This document shows, in pieces, positions 60,998 through 64,000 of a DNA stretch of 64,000 nt. Below the pieces are notes generated by a model. It was not told where the DNA came from. It did no database searches and saw only the letters and a program-made list of their open reading frames with translations. Every line of letters begins with the position of its first letter. The first letter of the stretch is position 1. Source of the DNA: Alphaproteobacteria bacterium (GTDB lineage Bacteria; Pseudomonadota; Alphaproteobacteria; Bin95); contig CBDBGH010000003.1 of the NCBI GenBank assembly GCA_965205265.1, positions 5,152,001 through 5,216,000 on the forward strand, given 5' to 3'. Both the position numbers and the translations under genes were made by a program.

Positions 60998-61843
60998 GGA
61001 TAGAGCCGATTTCACCGGCGCCGTTCTTGACCATGCATCCTTCAACTTCTGCAAGGGAGATCATGCCGGTTTTGCAGGCGCCAGTCTTCGTCATACGGAT
61101 TTTGCCGGAAGCAGGCTCAGATGGGCCGATTTTGCGGGTGTAGAGATGTTTGCAACCCGCATGGAATCGACCAATCTTGCCGGAGCCCGTATGGCGGAGG
61201 CGACGATCTCGAGCGCCGGGTTCGACAACAGTTTCCTGCCCGGTACATCGTTCAGCCGCACGAAGATCTCCTCGTGCAGCTTCAAGGAGGCCCATATGCG
61301 CGCGGTTGACATGACCGGCGCGAAACTCATTCAGGCGATGTTCGAAAAGTCGGATCTGAGCGAAGCTAATTTTGAAGGGGCGACTATGGATGGCGTTGTG
61401 TTCTGTGAAACGGACATGACCCGGGCCCGCTTGACTGGCATAGACGCCTTTCCCCTCTGCTGGTTCGAGAAGAACATCCTGGAAGACGCAGAAGTCCCGG
61501 ATGGTTTCCCCGAGATGATCGAGAGGCTGAACCGTCAACAACGCGAACGTGACCGCCTGCCCGAACCGTCCCCGTTGGGAGCCGGCAGATGATTGCCGGC
61601 GCTTGTCCGCAAAAGATGCCTCGACCCGAACAGCAGGTTATTGAGATTGGCCTCCTGTGCCGGATGCCTTGATGGAGGCCGGTGTCAACTGAAGCCTGTT
61701 TGGGTTCCGTGCCTCCCGGCCTCGATGAACAGGATCACGATAATTTCGCACCTGGACCACCATAAGGAAGAGATAAATGGCGGTTGCGCAGAACCTGTGG
61801 TATGGCCCCGGCTCCGGCTGAACAGGGAAGGACAGACAGCCTC

Positions 61844-62119
61844 ATGATCGATGAAACGAACCTTACCAAGGGGCAACTGCGAAAGCTGAACGCGCTTCGG
61901 AAATCCGTCGGCGATGCCATCGCCGATGAGGCGTTTTCCAAGTGGCTGGCACAACATGGCAATGAGTCCGAGGCCGTCGACGGCAACGCCGATATCATCG
62001 CCGATACGCTCTGGCGACTGGTGGAACAGGGCAAGTTGGCAATTCGGCGCGGCGGTTATGTCGTTCGCCGGGGCCGCGGGCGTGTCATCGTCGAGATGCC
62101 GGCGGGATCCGCCGGTTAG
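61844..62119 (+). CDS. Small hypothetical protein
   Basis: MIDETNLTKGQLRKLNALRKS...; AAGGA RBS. Confidence 0.6.
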   Translation: MIDETNLTKGQLRKLNALRKSVGDAIADEAFSKWLAQHGNESEAVDGNADIIADTLWRLVEQGKLAIRRGGYVVRRGRGRVIVEMPAGSAG

Positions 62120-62668
62120 CGGGTTCTTGAGCCCGGTCCGCTTACGGCGGGCCGGGCCGTTTTTGAGTTCCCGAGAGATTCTGGATAACCATTTTGTGTT
62201 TGAGAGAAGTCCGGTGAAGATTTCGGGGGGAAAACCGTATATGGGGAATTCCCCCGCCAGTTTGGCGCCCCCCTCTTGTGCGCCCGGCCTGAACGCTTCG
62301 ACGATGTAGCGCTGTTCGAACACTTTGCGCCGGAGTTAAATTCTCTCCCGCCGAAACTCGGCGGCATCCGCGCTCCGGACCGCGAAATGGTTGCAGGCCG
62401 AGGCGTCAACCTGCCAGTCCCTCCTGCCTATCTTGGAGAGGCTGTCCGCCGCCTCGGCCATATAGGTTGCGACGTTGCGGATGAACCGTCCATAGTCTTC
62501 GGCAGAGAGGTTTGGAATTTCTGTGAGAATCGCACCGGCGTTCCCTGCAAATCGTTGAAGCGACAGACTAACGTCCTTCCGTTCGCCGAACTTCAAGGTG
62601 GCGTGCCGCGGGGACGGCGAGGTCGCGCCGTGCTACAATGGCGCCTGCGTGAGGAAAGAGCGCCGCTC

Positions 62669-63499
62669 ATGAGCATGATCGACATGTCGTTCGCGTCCGG
62701 CATTCCGCCGGTTCCCGCTTGCGCGGGCCCGTCGGTATCGGCCGTGACCGAGACGAGTTCGCTGGGGTCCCGCACCCTGGTGCTGCGCGGCACATCGGCG
62801 GACATCGCCGCCCTGCTGGACCGAATGGACGAGTGGCGGGGCGATGCGGGACGCCTGTTTGCCGATGTGAAAGCAGGACTGATCGCGCTGATGGCACCGT
62901 CATGGCCGCATGAGAACTACGGCGATGGCGTCGGTGACCTGGTCAAGACGATCGCGCGCGTCGGTGGTCTCCCCGTTATGGGCGGCGGCTCCTGGACACT
63001 CGGCCCGCGCAAGTCGCCAAAGGGTGGCGGGCTTGTGCCCGGAGACCGATCGCAGGCGGAACCCGACGCCTGCTACATTTTCGGCGAAAAAGTGCTGCGG
63101 GCGCGCACCGCCATCGCTGCCGGACAGAAGGCGGTGGAGGATGATTTCGGGGAGAAGGAACTGCCGGATCTTGTGGTCGAGGTGGATTTTACCAGCGCTT
63201 CGGCGAACAAGCCGGCCTTCTACCGTAGCCTTGGGATCCCGGAGATGTGGCGTCTGCGCTGGTCTGGACCGGAGTCCGCCGAAGCGCTGACGGTGGAAAT
63301 ACTCGACCTCCAGGCCGAGGCCGGGCCGGAGACGAAGCGGGCTGCCTCGGCGCTGCTGCCGCTGTGTACGCCGGAATTTGTGGTGGCGGCGCTGCCGGCG
63401 GCGAGAGGCGGCGACTGGGAAGCCCTTGATGCGCTGGTCGCCGAAGCAGTGGCGGCGGCGAAAGCCGACGCTCTGCCGGAGCCGTCTCCGTTCGACTGA
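62669..63499 (+). CDS. Uma2-family (PD-(D/E)xK) endonuclease-like protein
   Basis: MAPSWPHE, AEPDACY, PDLVVEVDFTS, YRSLGIPEMWR; extended -10 TGCTACAAT at 62631. Confidence 0.82.
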   Translation: MSMIDMSFASGIPPVPACAGPSVSAVTETSSLGSRTLVLRGTSADIAALLDRMDEWRGDAGRLFADVKAGLIALMAPSWPHENYGDGVGDLVKTIARVGGLPVMGGGSWTLGPRKSPKGGGLVPGDRSQAEPDACYIFGEKVLRARTAIAAGQKAVEDDFGEKELPDLVVEVDFTSASANKPAFYRSLGIPEMWRLRWSGPESAEALTVEILDLQAEAGPETKRAASALLPLCTPEFVVAALPAARGGDWEALDALVAEAVAAAKADALPEPSPFD

Positions 63500-63718
63500 G
63501 GCGTGCTCGCAGGCCATGACGGCGCGGTGAGCCGGACATACGGACCTACGATGTTTCAGGAGATCTGCAGGACGTCACATGCCCGGGATCGGGATTCCCA
63601 CAGAAATTCAGAGGCGCTCGGAATTTTGTGGCACAATTCGCCTCTTGAAGCAGGGCCCGGTAATTTTGGGACTCCCCGCTTTCTCAAGGACTTGTCGCCT
63701 GGGGACGGCGCGCCGCCT

Positions 63719-63747
63719 TTGTAATTGCGGTCGCTTCTTCCTATAAT
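63719..63747 (+). promoter_or_regulatory. Sigma70-like promoter
   Basis: TTGTAA-N17-TATAAT upstream of ATG 63777. Confidence 0.6.
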
Positions 63748-63776
63748 TCGTCTGTTCACGGGAACAAGGGACGGCA

Positions 63777-64000
63777 ATGGAGCCTGTCGGAAGCATCGTC
63801 GAGGAACGGTTCGCCTGCGCGGCGGAAGACTGCGCCGTCCAGTGGAAAATCTCGCCGGCCTATGACGATATCGGCGAGAAGCTGATGGCGCTGCGCAAGG
63901 AGGCTTGGGACCGCTATTCCCTGCGCGCCCTCTGGAACGTCCGGCCCGATGCGACGCTGGGCGCGATGCGCAGCGTCGCCAATGCCCTGCGCTGCTATGG
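63777..64000 (+). CDS. Hypothetical protein, partial (runs off the window)
   Basis: Open frame MEPVGSIVEE... to the window end, behind the promoter. Confidence 0.5.
   Translation, partial: MEPVGSIVEERFACAAEDCAVQWKISPAYDDIGEKLMALRKEAWDRYSLRALWNVRPDATLGAMRSVANALRCY

Larger units (their letters stand above)
58463..61592 (+). pseudogene. Pentapeptide-repeat gene interrupted by IS1634 copy 2
   Basis: 5' part RYNAGERDF (58463-58881); 3' part resumes after the duplicated target and ends LPEPSPLGAGR. Confidence 0.9.

Noticed and set aside
29818-61592. Calling the pentapeptide genes qnr or mfpA resistance genes
   Set aside because: Only the generic repeat is shared; lengths and caps differ and specific homology cannot be shown without a search
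29818-61592. Diversity-generating retroelement or shufflon acting on the pentapeptide genes
   Set aside because: No reverse transcriptase, no template/variable repeat pair and no repeated inversion sites seen

Overview
High-GC accessory DNA, probably from a plasmid or integrative element (inferred from a Rep_3-type initiator remnant, toxin-antitoxin genes and many IS; no core genes except pyrE). Bases 1-22.6 kb are a rearranged mobile zone. Two divergent tandem pairs of tyrosine recombinases sit inside a ~4.5-kb inverted duplication carrying a surface lipoprotein plus Slam/DUF560 (type XI secretion) pair. Two different IS21-family elements, one with extra passenger ORFs, truncate slam, vapC and rep. 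A rare tRNA-Ile with a UAU anticodon follows at 24 kb. Bases 26-63.5 kb hold 13 pentapeptide-repeat genes mixed with a macro-SLOG-NADAR fusion, a tyrosine phosphatase-ankyrin fusion, DUF2958, DUF6878-like paralogues, an AbiEii-like nucleotidyltransferase, an ATPase/phosphatase/AlkB cluster, Uma2 and two IS1634 copies (one with a 200-bp target duplication). The most striking observation is that many unrelated cargo proteins end in a shared Pro-rich tail (PEPSP and variants) encoded by different synonymous codons, which suggests a common C-terminal export or targeting signal. All domain calls come from reading motifs by eye, not from database searches.
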